From assembly GCF_006345805.1 (NCBI RefSeq), contig NC_043003.1, forward strand, positions 64,976,001-65,040,000: DNA of 64,000 nt, in the 5' to 3' direction. Origin of the DNA: Octopus sinensis. Taxonomy: Eukaryota. The first letter of the stretch is position 1, and each line of letters starts with the position of its first letter. The notes beneath the pieces are model-generated. The model made no database searches, was not told where the DNA came from, and saw only the letters and a list, made by a program, of their open reading frames with translations. Made by a program: the position numbers and the translations under genes. This document shows positions 14,186 through 29,099 of this stretch, one piece after another.

Positions 14186-14782
14186 AGTCTTTAGTCGAAT
14201 AGATGCATTAGTTATGCATGTGCATCGACATTTCAACCGACGCACCAGTTCAGACATATATTTACAAAAAGCGGGAAAACTTGTGAACTCAAAAAGTCTT
14301 GTCGCTTTGTGAGCGAACGGGTAAAGAACATACACGAGTGCGAGCATGCGTTGGTATTTGTGTTTGTGTGTGTGCGTGAGCGCGTCTCTTTAAAAATACT
14401 TATAGCCTTTCATATATTGTATAACATCCTTAACCCTCTATTCGTAATTTATAAATGTGTTTTTTTTTTCTTCTTTAGATTTTACGTTATCATTTCTTTC
14501 TTGCTAAACTCTCGGGCAGATTGCATTTTGTTTTTATTTTTATCATTTTGGTCCCTTGTGGAAATTAAGGAAAGATTATTGTTATATTTTGTTATTATAA
14601 CTAGATAAAGAAATCATCATGATCGCCGTCATCTTTCTCATGTTCATCATCATTACTTTCGTGGTTGCTTTATCTTTTACGAGGTGTTCCGAGACTTAGT
14701 CATTTTACTGTGAGTGTACTCGTATTTTTTTTAATGATTAGCAATGATATATTGCAGGGAAGGGAGAGGCAAGTCTGACAAC

Positions 14783-14793
14783 TGCTGCTGCTC

Positions 14794-14892
<99 letters not shown>
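14783..14892. repeat. (GCT)n-(ACT)n microsatellite
   Basis: Direct reading. Confidence 0.95.
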
Positions 14893-14894
14893 TC

Positions 14895-15173
14895 GAAATT
14901 TTTGGTGAGGAGGCCTGCCGATTAGATCGACTCCAGTACGCAACTGGCACTTAATTTATCGACCCTGAAAGGATGAAAGCAAAGTCGACCTCGGCGGAAT
15001 TTGAATTCAGAACGTACAGACAGACGAAATACTGCTAAGCATTTCACCCCGCGTTAGCGGTATTTCGTCTGCCGTTACGTTCTGAGTTCAAATTTCGCCG
15101 AGGTCGACTTTGCCTTTCATCCTTTCAGGTTCGAATAAATTAAGTACCAGTTGCGTACTGGAGTCGATCTAAT
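14895..15173. mobile_element. Inverted (head-to-head) SINE family A pair
   Basis: 14921-15038 is the reverse complement of 15054-15173, with a 15-nt loop. Confidence 0.85.
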
Positions 15174-15198
15174 TTCTGTCATTGTACCTGAAGTAAAG

Positions 15199-15242
<44 letters not shown>

Positions 15243-15300
15243 GCAGCATCAACAGTGATGGTGGTGGTAGTGGTGGTGGTGGTGGTGGTAGTAGTAGTAA

Positions 15301-15341
<41 letters not shown>

Positions 15342-16477
15342 TTTTGAACTCAGATTAGCCGCGACTGCAAGGATCTATGATGAAAGGTATTGAAACCGCG
15401 ACCAAACCGTCTATTTCATTAATGCTGTGCATTAGGGCCTCTAAAACGTCGTTTGAATAATTAATTATTTACTTAAGACTGGGCCGACCAAAGCCTTGTG
15501 AGTGGATTTGGTAGACGGAAACTGAAAGAAGCCTGGAACCATGTGGTTGTGAAGCAAAATTCTTACTACTCAGTCACTCTTGCGCCTATGTTTTATATAT
15601 TATTTTTTTATATTGTTTATAATTGTTTTATATATTATTCACGTTATTGTACTTCGTTGTGCCCGTGAAAACTTTGTTGTTCGTGGAAAAATTCTCCGGG
15701 GCGCAGAAATTGTTGGGAACAGTTGTGTTTGAGCTTTTAAAACTGCAGTATTCAATATGCCCGTCCTTTCCTTTAAAAGAGTAGCGTATGATTTAAGTGG
15801 ATTTGAATGTTATTTGCAGCAGGTCGAGCAGCACATAGAATTTCCGTTGGTTTTCATTATCCCTTCTTTTAGTATGTAGTTCCTTTCTTCTACACAGTTT
15901 GCACTTTAACGAGGAGAGAGAGAGGTTTACTTGTTATTTAGTTATCACGTTGAGTGAGGTCCAATGGCAATATACGTGTGTCAAGAGTGGATCAAGAAGT
16001 CTCTACTTTAAACACAGTTATGCAGCGTGTTAAAAAGGATTTGGGTGTTGCGTTGAGTAAGGTCAACTGATTACATGGCGCTCGCTCATTGGTTTCAATA
16101 TGGGCTCACTCACACTTACAAATCTCACTAAGTCACTCACCCATATCATTACACATTCTCTCAATCATTGTTTCACACTTTGCCAATCTCTCTCTCCCTC
16201 TCTCTCCCTCTCTGTGTGTCTGTCTCTCTCTCTGTCTCACATACACATACACATACATATACGTATGTATACTTAGATATTTACATACGTGTGTGTATGT
16301 ATTAAAAAGATGTTAACTTTATATGTTATATGTATATATACACATGTATAATACACGTATACATATATATGTATATGACTATATATGTGTGTGTATGAAT
16401 GTATGAATGATATATATGATTGTATACAGACATATGTATGTATGTATGTATATATATATCTGTCTGTCTATCTATAT

Positions 16478-16529
<52 letters not shown>

Positions 16530-16531
16530 TT

Positions 16532-16570
<39 letters not shown>

Positions 16571-16911
16571 GTGTGTGTGTGTGTGTTAAATGTATCAACG
16601 TGCATTTGTTAGTTGTACCTTTGCTAGAAGCTCTACAATAATCGACAGTCAAAGCAGTCAAGCAGGTTTTGCAGCTATCAATCTTGATATGATAACTAAC
16701 TTACCATCTCCAGCTGGCAGCAGTTCCAACGGATACCGGAACTATTGACCTTTACTCGACAACAACTGACTAAGACTATTAGTCATGAAGCGTTAATTAA
16801 ATCAGCGATGTTAGTCTGATCCCTGCCGTATAAACCTACTACTGTGAGTTTGAGAGAGAGAGAAAGAGGGAGAATGCAAGAGACAAAGAGCGAGAGAGGG
16901 AGAGAGAATAT

Positions 16912-16945
<34 letters not shown>

Positions 16946-17234
16946 GGGAAGAAGGATAGAAAATAATATTCAGTTCAGTGATGTTAGCCGCCATAATGCT
17001 TACTGCCATTATATGAAATGTGATAAATATAAAAGTGTCATACATACTAAGAGTCCCTGCTGGTCGTTTGGTTAAGCTAACGGAAAACTACAAGACAAAG
17101 GCTCGATAATTCGCAAGTTTGTCGCCGGTGTTTTATTATGTCAAGTCACATGATCAAAGAGTGCTCCAGCATGACCACAGTCCAATAACTGAGACAAGAA
17201 AAGGATGAAAGAAAACTGATTATGTAAGTTAAAA

Positions 17235-17452
17235 TAATCCTTTCTGCTTTAGGCAGAAGGCCTGAAATTTATGGCGAGGGGAATAGTCGATTACATTGAC
17301 CCCAGTGTTTCACTGGTACTTAATTTATCGATTCACGAAAGGGCGAAAGGCAAAGTCGACCTCGTCGGAATTTGAACCCAGAATGTAGCGACGGGCGAAA
17401 TAACACTAAGCCTTTCGTCCAGCGTGTTAATGATTCGGCAAGCTTGTCGCCT
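17235..17452 (-). mobile_element. SINE family A copy
   Basis: ctggtacttaatttatcga...ggcaaagtcgacctcgtcggaatttgaac. Confidence 0.75.
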
Positions 17453-17607
17453 TTTCTGTCAGCTCACCACATTGGAAAATACCCCAGTGGTACTATCTGC
17501 ATGGACAACATATAGTTAAGTTCAGGCTCCAATGACTTAAAATCAGTGGTTAATCTCTTTTTACTCTTTTACTTGTTTCAGTCATTTGACTGCGGCCAAT
17601 AAATATA

Positions 17608-18150
17608 GGCGCGGGAGCAGCTGTGTGATAAGAAGCTTGCTTCTCAAGCACATGGTTCTGGGTTCATTTCAACTGTGTAATACCTTGTGCATATGTCTTT
17701 TAATATAGCTTCGAGCCGACCAAAGCCTTGGAACTGGATTTGGTAGGCGGAAACTGAAAGAAGCTCGTTTTATGTATGTCTGTTTTTGTCCCCCCACCAA
17801 CCCACCGTCGCTTGACAAACGATGTTGGTGTGTTTAAGTCCCTGCATCTTAGCGGTTCGGCAAGAGACCGATAGAATAAGTACTAGGTTTACAAAGAATA
17901 AGTCTTAGGGTCATATATCTATATATACGTGTGTATCTCTTTGTGTGTGCGTGTTTGTCTCCACCACCATCGCTAGACAACCGATGCTGGTGTGTTTACG
18001 TCCCCGTATATTAGCGACTCGGTAAAAGCGACCGATAGAATAAGTACTAGGCCTAGAAAGAATAAGTTCTAGGATCGATTTGCCCGACTAAAAGCGGTGC
18101 TCAAGTATGGCCGCAGTCAAATGACTGAAGCAAGTAACGGTATAAAAGAA
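17608..18150 (+). mobile_element. tRNA-derived SINE family B (CORE-like) with duplicated 3' half
   Basis: tRNA-like head, gccgaccaaagccttg...gatttggtag and tail ggccgcagtcaaatgactgaa; the 3' half occurs twice. Confidence 0.8.
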
Positions 18151-18347
18151 TAAAACAAATGTATGTATATATACATATAAGCATATATGTATGCATATAT
18201 GTGTATATATATGTATGTATGTAATTATGGCGGGTTTATCTCAGGGTCGGGCCCACGAAACCACCCACAAGTCATTTTGTTTGTCCGGAGGCTATTGATA
18301 GAAGGCATATGAATGTATATATACGTACATACATACATAATTGTATA

Positions 18348-18390
<43 letters not shown>

Positions 18391-18794
18391 ACATATATAT
18401 ATATGCTCATACATATATGTATGTACATATGTATATGTGCGTATGTATGCAAACATAGAAATACATCCATACCCATATACACGCTGTATGTATGTTTTTA
18501 GTATACAGTAAAAGAACGGAATTTCAGCAGCTGAGAAAATTTCATTAGTTTACTGTATAAATACACAATAATTAATTTTAAAGACTCTCACGAGCAGAGT
18601 GCTTTTACTTAGTGAGTTATCGACAAATTAACAAACATCTGTGTATATGTGTATAGATTTGTACATGTGTGTATATGTATGTGTATATAAATATATGTAT
18701 TCAATATATATATATATATATATATCTATATATCAATATATATATATATGTATGTATGTATGTATAGAATCATATATAAATAAACATTTATAAA

Positions 18795-18846
<52 letters not shown>

Positions 18847-18966
18847 ATGATTTTATATGGAGTCCATTAATGGAATTTTGACTGTTACTAAAATCTCATT
18901 AATTGAATACTTTACTTTTCCTGTCTGAATTTTCCTTAAAACAATAGTTTACATACTTACCTAGAT

Positions 18967-19012
<46 letters not shown>

Positions 19013-19544
19013 GATATATATATATATATAATATGTCTCACTTCTTTCTCTATACCTTTTTTATGCATATGCACACACACACAAACATATAACATATATA
19101 CATACATATATATTGTATAATATGTATATTAAATTCATATTACATATAGATGATCCAATTTAAAACCGAAAATTACAACACTACACTTAGTCTTGAAAAT
19201 CTGTAACCAAATCTTAATGAAGAGCCTGAATCTGGTTTACTAACTTGGCCATAACTACCTTGTTTTGTTTCTTTTGTAAGTGTCAAATTGACTCATTCTG
19301 GTGGCGATGATGTAGGTAGTTGCTGTGCTGATGACGTTTATGGTGGGGGAAACACAAGCGCTGTTTGCTTTCCAGCTCTTTTTGTCAATGGCACGTCCCT
19401 TGTGAAGAATTTCTGATTCTGGAGATCCTCCTTGCAAGCACATGACATATAATTTCTAGAACCGAGTATAATGTCAATATATTATGAATTCATACTGTAT
19501 TCAATATGCGTGTATACACATACATACATAAGTACATATATCTA

Positions 19545-19643
<99 letters not shown>

Positions 19644-19685
19644 ATATATATATATATATATACACACACATATATATACACTCAC

Positions 19686-19717
<32 letters not shown>

Positions 19718-19756
19718 GTGTGTGTGTGTGTATGTGTATATATACATATATATATA

Positions 19757-19925
19757 TAGGGAGAATTTACGAAAAAAGCAAAAGACGAAGACAGATGGTG
19801 TACGAAACAAACAGATGTATTAGTATAACGCTTAGGAATAGAAAAACTCTGTTACGTTTCGAGCCTACGCTCTTCTACAGAAAGGGACACGGAAAAAAAA
19901 CAAGGAGAGTAAAAATTGTGTGGAG
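19757..19925 (-). mobile_element. Penelope-like short element with hammerhead-like motif
   Basis: Reverse complement of the 40860-41037 element; motif ctgtagaagagcgtaggctcgaaacgta at 19850-19884. Confidence 0.65.
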
Positions 19926-20167
19926 TGGCTAGAGAGAGAGAGAGAGAGAAAGTGATATATACAAACACATAACATAAGGACAGGCTTATTTTTGCCTCCC
20001 AAACTACTACTGCGTTTAAAATCAGATACAGTGGACGACAAGGGAATAAATAATTTGAACACCTAGAACATATGAGACCAAATCAAACCATACCCTAATG
20101 GTTGCAAGGTATGCTACCTACAGAACATGGATAAGTATTTTTTTTTAAATATTAGAACCTCAAATAA

Positions 20168-20560
20168 GGCGTTGTGCTGGCAGAATCGTTAGCACGCCGG
20201 ACGAAATGCTTAGCGGTATTTCGTCTGCCGTTACGTTCTGAGTTCAAATTCCGCCGAGGTCGACTTTGCCATTCGTCCTTTCGGGGTCGATTAAATAAGT
20301 ACCAGATACGCACTGTGGTCGATGTAATCGATTTAATCCGTATGTCTGTCCTTGTTTATCCCCTCTGTGTTTAGCCCTTTGTGGGTAGTAAAGAAATAGG
20401 TATTTCGTCTGTCTTTACGTTTGAGTTGAAATTCCACCGAGGTCGGTTTTGCCTTTCATCCATTCGGGGTCAATAAATTAGGTACCGTTTGCGTACTGGG
20501 ATCGACCAAATCGATTTGTCCCTCCCGCAAACTTGTTGGTCGTGTGTTAAAATTTGAAGC
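20168..20560 (+). mobile_element. SINE family A copy with internal repeat
   Basis: Matches the family A consensus; the body restarts at ~20398. Confidence 0.85.
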
Positions 20561-20934
20561 CTGTACTATGACCTTAAATGCTTCAGTGAATAAGATGTTT
20601 GTCATTTTCACAAAACGGAACACGCATCATCGAAGTTTTAACTAATTTCACAGGTACGATAAAGCACAATTAAGTGCGTTAAATACTACAGGGCTTTTAC
20701 CTGTTAACATTAAGCTCGCAGCATACCACTTCCATATTTCTTATATTTTTGTAACATATCTTGCCATCCACATGATTCCAACCATGCTGAAATTAATATG
20801 AAGCGCAGCATATACCGTGAATGAAACGCGAGGTTGAAAAATCCTAGCATGCTATTGATAACTTTCAATGTACGTGCCCAAACGAAAATTAGAAACTGGC
20901 TTACACAAGAAAAGATGATTGAAATAGGGTACAC

Positions 20935-21560
20935 GTATGTATGTATGTATGTATGTATGTATGTATGTATGTATGTATGTATGTATGTATGTATGCATGT
21001 ATGTATGAATGTATGTATGAATGTATGTATGAATGTATGCATGTATGTATGCATGTATGTATGTATGTATGTATGTATGTATGCATGTATGTATGCATGT
21101 ATGTATGTATGTATGTATGCATGTATGTATGAATATATGAATGTATGTATGTATGTATGCATGTATGTATGTATGATTGTATGTATGAATGTATGTATGA
21201 ATGTATGTATGTATGTATGCATGTATGTATGTATGTATGTATGAATGTATGCATGTATGTATGCATGTATGTATGTATGTATGCATGTATGTATGAATGT
21301 ATGTATGTATGTATGCATGTATGCATGTATGTATGTATGTATGTATGTATGAATGTATGTATGTATGTATGCATGTATGTATGTATGTATGTATGTATGA
21401 ATGTATGTATGTATGTATGTATGTATGTATGTATGAATGTATGTATGTATGTATGCATGTATGTATGTATGTATGAATGAATGTATGTATGTATGTATGC
21501 ATGTATGTATGTATGTATGTATGTATGTATGTATGTATGTATGTATGCATGAATGTATGT
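20935..21560. repeat. Long (ATGT)n microsatellite with ATGC/ATGA variants
   Basis: Direct reading. Confidence 0.97.
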
Positions 21561-21917
21561 AATAGATATTTCTTAATATATGAATGCCTGATTTTCCCAA
21601 CTTAAAATTTACTGGACATATGCATGCATGCATTCATACATACATATACACATGCATATACACACGTACACATACACACACATGTATAGATAAAGAGAGA
21701 GAGAGAGAGAGAGAGGCGCGTGGTTGTGTGGATAGAAGTCTGCTCCCTAACCATATGATTCCAGGTTCATTCCTACTGCGTGACGCTTGGTGAGATGTTT
21801 TCTACAAAAGCCTCGGGCCAGCCAAAGACCTATGAGTAGTTTTGGCACGCAGAAACTCAAAGAAGCACATTCTGTCTGTCTGTCTGTCTATATGTCTATC
21901 CATCTGTCTATCCATCC

Positions 21918-21953
<36 letters not shown>

Positions 21954-22051
21954 CTATCTATCTATCTATATATCTATCTATCTATTATCTATCTATATTA
22001 TCTATCTATCTATCTACACATGTATATATATATATATATGATATATATATA

Positions 22052-22135
<84 letters not shown>

Positions 22136-22307
22136 CGAACGTTGTAATTAACCTTTTCCTCAGTGACAAGGTTAATCATGAGAACCAAATGCTGTGTAAA
22201 GATTATTCTTTGACTGGATTTTCCTTAGACAATACAAGCTGAGCTGTCTTTGCTTCTTTTGTTTACAAATGCCAATAATATATATGTACATACACACAAT
22301 ATGTATT

Positions 22308-22351
<44 letters not shown>

Positions 22352-22624
22352 ATATATATATACATATTGGAAACAAAGGTGTATTGATCTGAATAGGTGA
22401 TTGTCGTTACTGATCCAAAGGATTACTGTCAACGATAATCTGGTGCTTATTATTATTGTTGTATCCGTGTAGTTGAATCGTGTCCAAATGTTATGCTCTG
22501 TCAAAAAAAAAAAAAGAAAAAATTCTGATCGACATTTTAATATATTGATATCAAATGTCAATGTCGTGTGTAATAGAAACTAGTTGCTATGCCTATAACC
22601 CGTAAACAGTGACAGAAATAAGCA

Positions 22625-22674
<50 letters not shown>

Positions 22675-22679
22675 TATAT

Positions 22680-22730
<51 letters not shown>

Positions 22731-22791
22731 TAGATATTATGTATATATATATTATATATATGTATATGTATATATATATGTATATGTATAT

Positions 22792-22859
<68 letters not shown>

Positions 22860-22898
22860 GTGTGCGTGTGTCTGCATGCATATGTGTGTGTATGCGTT

Positions 22899-22943
<45 letters not shown>

Positions 22944-23378
22944 ATGCGTGTGTTGACTGACCGTTATTGAAATCGTGGCCTTTTGGGTTATACACGAATC
23001 GTTATTTCTCTGCATGCATTGCTATGTATTTTCTGAAACTTATAGACGTGTTGCTATTATTGTTTTTGTTGTTGTTGTTGTTTTTGTATCGCCCCTGGCT
23101 GGCTCGAATCGACTAGATGTTTAAGTGAAGGCCATGCGGCCGTGTGTTTATTTTTTCCATTCATAGTTGTTTAGTGTATGCTTCTTTCTTATATAAGTAT
23201 AGCTTAAAAAAAATAATTTTAAAATAACCCAGAAGATCCTTAATCCCATGAGACTTCGTTGCTATATTCTTAGAAGGAATTTAGTCTTTACTTGTGAAAA
23301 ATGAAAGAATTTTTTGTTTAACAAAATTAATTTCTTTCAGTTCTATATTTAAGAGATGAGGAATTATGTACATTATTT

Positions 23379-23801
23379 ACATTATTTACATTTGACAGAT
23401 ATGTGTCCTCATCTTGTTTGTTTTTAACACAACGTTTCAGCTGATATACCCTCTAGCCTTTATCAGGTGTATTGGGGAAATGTCTAACCTGGGTTCTCAT
23501 TCCTAAGGTATTTTTCAATGTTATCAATGATATTAATACGCTAACTTTTTGTTTTTGTACGAACCTCCTCTCTCTCTCACTTTGCCGTTTGTTTGAAGTG
23601 TGACACTCACCACAGGTACGTACAAAAACAAAAAGCTAGCGTATTAATATTATTGATAACATCGAAAAATACCTTAGGAATGAGAACCCAGGTTCGAAAT
23701 TTCCCCAAGACACCTGATGAAGGCTGGAGGATATATCAGCCGAAACGTTGTGCTAACAACAAACAAGATGATGACAAATATCCATCAAATGTAAATAATG
23801 T
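23379..23801. repeat. 188-bp inverted repeat of a PLE-like hammerhead-bearing element
   Basis: 23379-23566 is the approximate reverse complement of 23614-23801; 47-nt spacer. Confidence 0.9.
23708..23753 (+). ncRNA. Minimal type I hammerhead ribozyme-like motif
   Basis: acac-CTGATGA-a-ggctg/cagcc stem II-GAAA-cgtt-gtg; palindromic ACGT stem III. Confidence 0.65.
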
Positions 23802-23827
23802 TAATTCTTTCATTGTTTATGTAAAGT

Positions 23828-23862
<35 letters not shown>

Positions 23863-24220
23863 AAAACAACTTAACATAAAAATGACTCAATAATTTTAGC
23901 AAAGTATATGTCTATTAAACTTTCACAAGGAAAATGGTGACTGTAACTTCGAAGTTTCTGTTTGCTTGCCTTCGTCTGATTCTATGTCTGTTGATTGTTG
24001 TTGCTTATTATTCCTTTGTTTCGAAGATGAAACGAAAATTCACCGGTTCTTACATCTGTATTTGTTCTCATGTTGTGTCAATTCCTTTCAGAATAATTAC
24101 CCATTATTCATATGTATGTCCAGTAAAAGGAGAATTGTGTTGTATGATAGCACATGGTAGCTGATTCCCGTGGAGAAACTTTAAGGTTATTACTCAGATA
24201 ATATCATATTAATATATATA

Positions 24221-24269
<49 letters not shown>

Positions 24270-25179
24270 TATATATATATATAATATATGTATATATGCA
24301 TACATGTGTGCATGTATGTATATGGTGTGTATGTGTGTGCGTAGGTAGGTGTGTTCACAGACAATATAATTTGTAATGTGGCTTAGAAAAGGCAAAGCTT
24401 TTGGAATACGGAACAAATATTTCAATCATGCAAATCAAGTCTGTTAAAACCACAGACTTATTTGCAACTTTTATTCCCTGACACAATTTATCGCGAACTT
24501 CAACTTCTAGAAGTCATGCAGGCGAGGGAGTCCCATAATTTTTCTTCCGTATTTTGAAAGCAACCCAATAGAATTTGAGCAATTTTGACATGAAGCTATA
24601 TTTCTTTTTAACTAATTAACGCCCTGTATCATTTAAACATATGTAAAGAGCAGAGTTGAGCGGTGAATATATTTACAGGCTAATATCTCGGTGGCCATTA
24701 AGAATATTTATGGCTGGGTTTAAACAGAGTTACGTTAATATAGTTAACGAAACCATTTATACTGAAATTTTAATTACTATAAATTAAATTGTTAAAGCAC
24801 TTTACTCAAAACGTATTTTGAATTGAGGGAACCAGAATGTGCTAATGATTTCACTTGTAATTTTGTTCTTCTTGCAGTTCCTTTTTCTCTTTTGATCTCT
24901 AAGGAAATATCAAATATATTCTCACCTCGACTACCCTGTGTATTATTCTGACGTAGTGTATTAGTTGAACTATATGGTGTGATATTCTTTTCTTTTCTAA
25001 CTACACAGTGTGAGATTCATTCTGTGTGTGAGGGTGATCTATCTGTTATTTTCTGCTAATTGATTGATCGAACATTGGTTTGTTTATCGGCCCGTCACTG
25101 ATTTGATGAGAGTTATTACGCAGCAGAGCTAAATGCGTTTAAAATTACCACAATAACAAGTTGCATTAATGTAATACAT

Positions 25180-25390
25180 TAGCTTTTACTTATTTCAGTC
25201 ATTGGACTGCGGGCAATATCAGGGACCACGTTGAAGGGTTTTAGTAAAATAAAATCGGCCCCGGTCATTTCCTTTAAAGCCCAGTGCTTATACAACCGGA
25301 TTTCTTTTGCCGAGTAGCTAAGTTGCAAGTTAACAGACCAGCACCAACTGTCAAGAAGCAGAGGGTGGGTAAACAAAGACACACACACAT
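25180..25390 (-). mobile_element. SINE family B 3' part, diverged
   Basis: ttttacttatttcagtcattggactgcgg...cttttgccga matches the reverse complement of the family B tail. Confidence 0.65.
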
Positions 25391-26421
25391 ACACACACAC
25401 AGAGGCCGCAAAGCGAGTATCTTAACCACACACTTATGTCTGTGCCTCTCAACGAGAATTACGATAAAAATTTTGCAACAACAATAGATTTGGTAGCAAA
25501 TAAAACTTGACTAAGTTTAATTAAGCATAAAATTGTCAACAGAATAAAATTACCAATCAACGCCAAAATAAGAAAAAGAAAAAAAGATTAAAATATATTA
25601 AAAACAAGAAAATAACCAGGATTTATTTTCTTGCCTCTTTCTTCTACATGTTCATCCGGTAGACACTGAAATATATATATTATTGTGTGTGTAAAGCTAA
25701 TAATATTTGTCAGGCACTAGAGACTGCACTATCGTACCAACTAATCGGTAAAATGGTGAGAGTGAGTGGTGTGTGGATTCTATAAGCGAATGAGGAGCAA
25801 TGTTTGTAAAAGAAAGCTATTAAGATTGATTTTGTCTTCATCATGCTCAACAGAACCAATGACAAACAGCACCAACTACACTTGATTACAAAATGGAATA
25901 TATATATATATATATGTATGTATGTATGAATGTATATATGCGTGTGTAGGTGTGTGAGTGTGTGTGAGTGTGTGTACGTGTGTAATTTTGTTTGGCAGTC
26001 CCTAAGGATGTATCTAAGTCATTGGTTGTAACTCCGTTGACAAGAAGAAAAATATAGGGTATACAAAATATACAAAACAAATGAAAGTAACTACGTAAAA
26101 GGGACAAATAAAACAAACACAATAACCTGGTATTTATTTATTATTTATTTTAAAACGTGAATCAAAACGTTACTAGAAAGCGGGTAGCTACGACCAGTTT
26201 AGAGGTCTTTGTCGTTGCTGAATAAATCTTGCTGTGCAAATATAATCCTTTCACATTATTCATTTCAAGAGAAGAATTTTATCAGGGTGATTCTGGAAGG
26301 TCAGTTACCAATGTACAGAATATCAACAAAAGCAATACCTCTTAATTTATTTTGATTCTATTCTTCTATCGCTTTCTCTGTTTGATATTTCTTCTTCCTC
26401 TTCTTCCGTTTGTTAAAAAAG

Positions 26422-26540
<119 letters not shown>

Positions 26541-27474
26541 TTATTTGTCTGTCTGTCTAGTTATGTACTCGTGATTTGTTCAGATTTCAACTCCATGCCT
26601 GAATATAATTTTCTCCAGAAAAACTCTTCGCTATATTTATCATTCGTCTATCTAGCATACATTTCATATATGCTCTCCCAACATAGAATACGCATGCGTA
26701 TTCTAATAGATGTTTGTTGTTCAAATTCATCTCACTAAACGAATGCGCTCCTAGGTACTTACACGCATGCAAAGTCTGTTCGGATTCACTAATAAAATTT
26801 CCGCTCGTTATGAGAGTTTAGTTTTCTTTCAGAAACCATTCGTTATTTAATTTCTTCGTTAAGAGAAGAGTTCATATATGGACACTCCTCTCTATATGCG
26901 TTACATGAAACTTATCACTTACATTTTACACAGAAAATTGCAAGGTAAGTTATAATATAAATTTCATAAACGAGAAAAGTGCTAGCTTAGTAAATTTCCA
27001 TATTAGAAAATGAAGTAAATAAGGAAATATTAGTTTTCTCCTTTGAGAATGCAACACAAATTGGCATAATAAGCTTAAATAGTTAAAACTACTTTTACGC
27101 ATATTAGAATTTGTTTTTACACATAAAGAGAACATAGCGATTTATGCTCTATAAAATTTTATATCATTATTAGATACATTTAATTTGTGTTAATGCTGTC
27201 GGCGTCTTGTCAATGATTACGTTTAGAATGAACAGGTGCAATTCTGTTTAATACCGTCTGGCTGTTGGACTTAATCATTCATTCAGCAATGTTTGCAATG
27301 GACTTAATCAAACATTTCACAATGTTTACACTGACCACTTTATACAAATTTAGGCTTAATCTGTCTTTGAGACAGTCTTACAATGCTTTTTGTGTATAAA
27401 TTCATAAAAAAAATCATACACTAAAAGCTAAAAGGTTTACTAGGATTTTTACGCAATTACTATGATGACACCGC

Positions 27475-27540
<66 letters not shown>

Positions 27541-27573
27541 CATTATTATTATTATTATTATTACTATTATTAT
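27475..27573. repeat. (ATT)n microsatellite
   Basis: Direct reading. Confidence 0.95.
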
Positions 27574-27662
27574 TCAAATTGACCTCCATCTTCTAAAGTT
27601 TAACGGTTGAAGATTCCATTAAAAAAATCCTTACAAATATTGTATCAAATACGAACACTTTA

Positions 27663-27897
27663 ATGGTATTCTTCATCAGCTACTGTATTTGTCTACATCT
27701 TTTAGCCAATATTTATGTATCGTCAGATGCAAACACCTTGTTTGTATATTCAGTATCCTCTCAGACAGGAAGTTTGAATCTGACTACGCATAGTGTTGGT
27801 CAAAACTCTTTGGATACGTTCTCTGGTGCAGTATGTCTCCCAAACAAATCACTGTTATGCACCAGTAATTTTAAAATGTGTGCTGAGGAAGAATTTG
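27663..27897 (+). CDS. Candidate first coding exon with a signal-peptide-like N-terminus
   Basis: ATG-initiated 78-codon non-repetitive frame (MVFFISYCICLHLLANIYVSSDA...) ending at G|GTAATT; no homology recognised and no confirmed downstream exon. Confidence 0.25.
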
Positions 27898-28029
27898 GTA
27901 ATTAGAAATAAAAATAAATGGAAATAAATAAAATATATAAAAATATGTTTCTTTTGCTGTTGTTTTTATTTTTTTGCACATTGGATCTTGAAGCATATAA
28001 AGCTATAAATAATATGTAAATATTGGTTT

Positions 28030-28457
28030 TTAATTTTGGCAGAAGAACCAGCAATTTCGGGAATGGGGATTAGTCGATCAGATCGACCCCAGTACTCGCC
28101 TTATTTTATCGATTCCGAAAGGACTGAAGGCAAAGTTGACCTCAGCGGAATATGTACCCACAGCGTAAAGACGGACAAAATGCCGCTAAGCATTTTGTCC
28201 GGTGTGCTAACGATTCAGCCAAGTCGCAGTCTTGTAGAATGTAAATACTGCTTTCATATTCTGGCAGAAGACCAACAATTTAGAGCGAGGGGATAAGTTG
28301 ATTATATAAATATCAACTGATATTTATTCTATCGACTCCGAAAGGATGAAAGGCGAAGTCGACTTTGGCAGAATTTGAACTCAGAAAGTAAAGACGGACG
28401 AAATGCTGCTGAGCGTTTTTTCCACCGAGCTAAGGAGTCTGCCAGTTAATCGCCTTG
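28030..28457 (-). mobile_element. Two diverged SINE family A copies
   Basis: gaaaggatgaaaggcgaagtcgac...gaatttgaactcag motifs occur twice. Confidence 0.75.
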
Positions 28458-29042
28458 ATTATTGGGATGAAAGACGATTTTGGATAGAAAAATATCTACT
28501 GGGGTTGTGGGTTCGTCTTTTACGATACAAAAGGGTTTATCAACCCAATATTCACATACTGTCATTTATAGCTTTATATGCTTCGAGATTCACTGTTCCA
28601 AAAACAATTATTTCATGTTCTTTCAAAGTTTGTAAATTCTTTTAACGTCAATAAAAAAATACATAAAATATGTAAAAATAAAATAAAATAAAAAATTAAT
28701 GTAGAAATTATAGATTGTGTGAACTACTATTGTATTGCTCTCTCAGTTAAAGTGTGTTTTTAAAAAAGCATAATTTTAAACATATTGTTGAAATATGGTG
28801 GTAAAAAAATATAGTCTAAAAACTTATAAAGAACATTCTAATGAAATAAAAACAAGTGTGAAGTAAAAATACATCTGTTATATAGATGTGTTTAACGCAA
28901 TTAAATGCCAGTTAAAATGAATCGAGACGTGATCTCCATTATACATAACAAGTTAAATTTCATGATAATTTCGAAGACACTAAATGATAAAGAAATCCTT
29001 CTTTCATTAGACTCAACAAGTATTTACGAGTATATCTCCATC

Positions 29043-29098
<56 letters not shown>

Positions 29099-29099
29099 A

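Noticed and set aside
20710-21633. Long ORFs such as the 307-aa HTYI repeat and the many [12 protein letters not shown] ORFs
   Set aside because: They are translations of stop-free microsatellites, not genes
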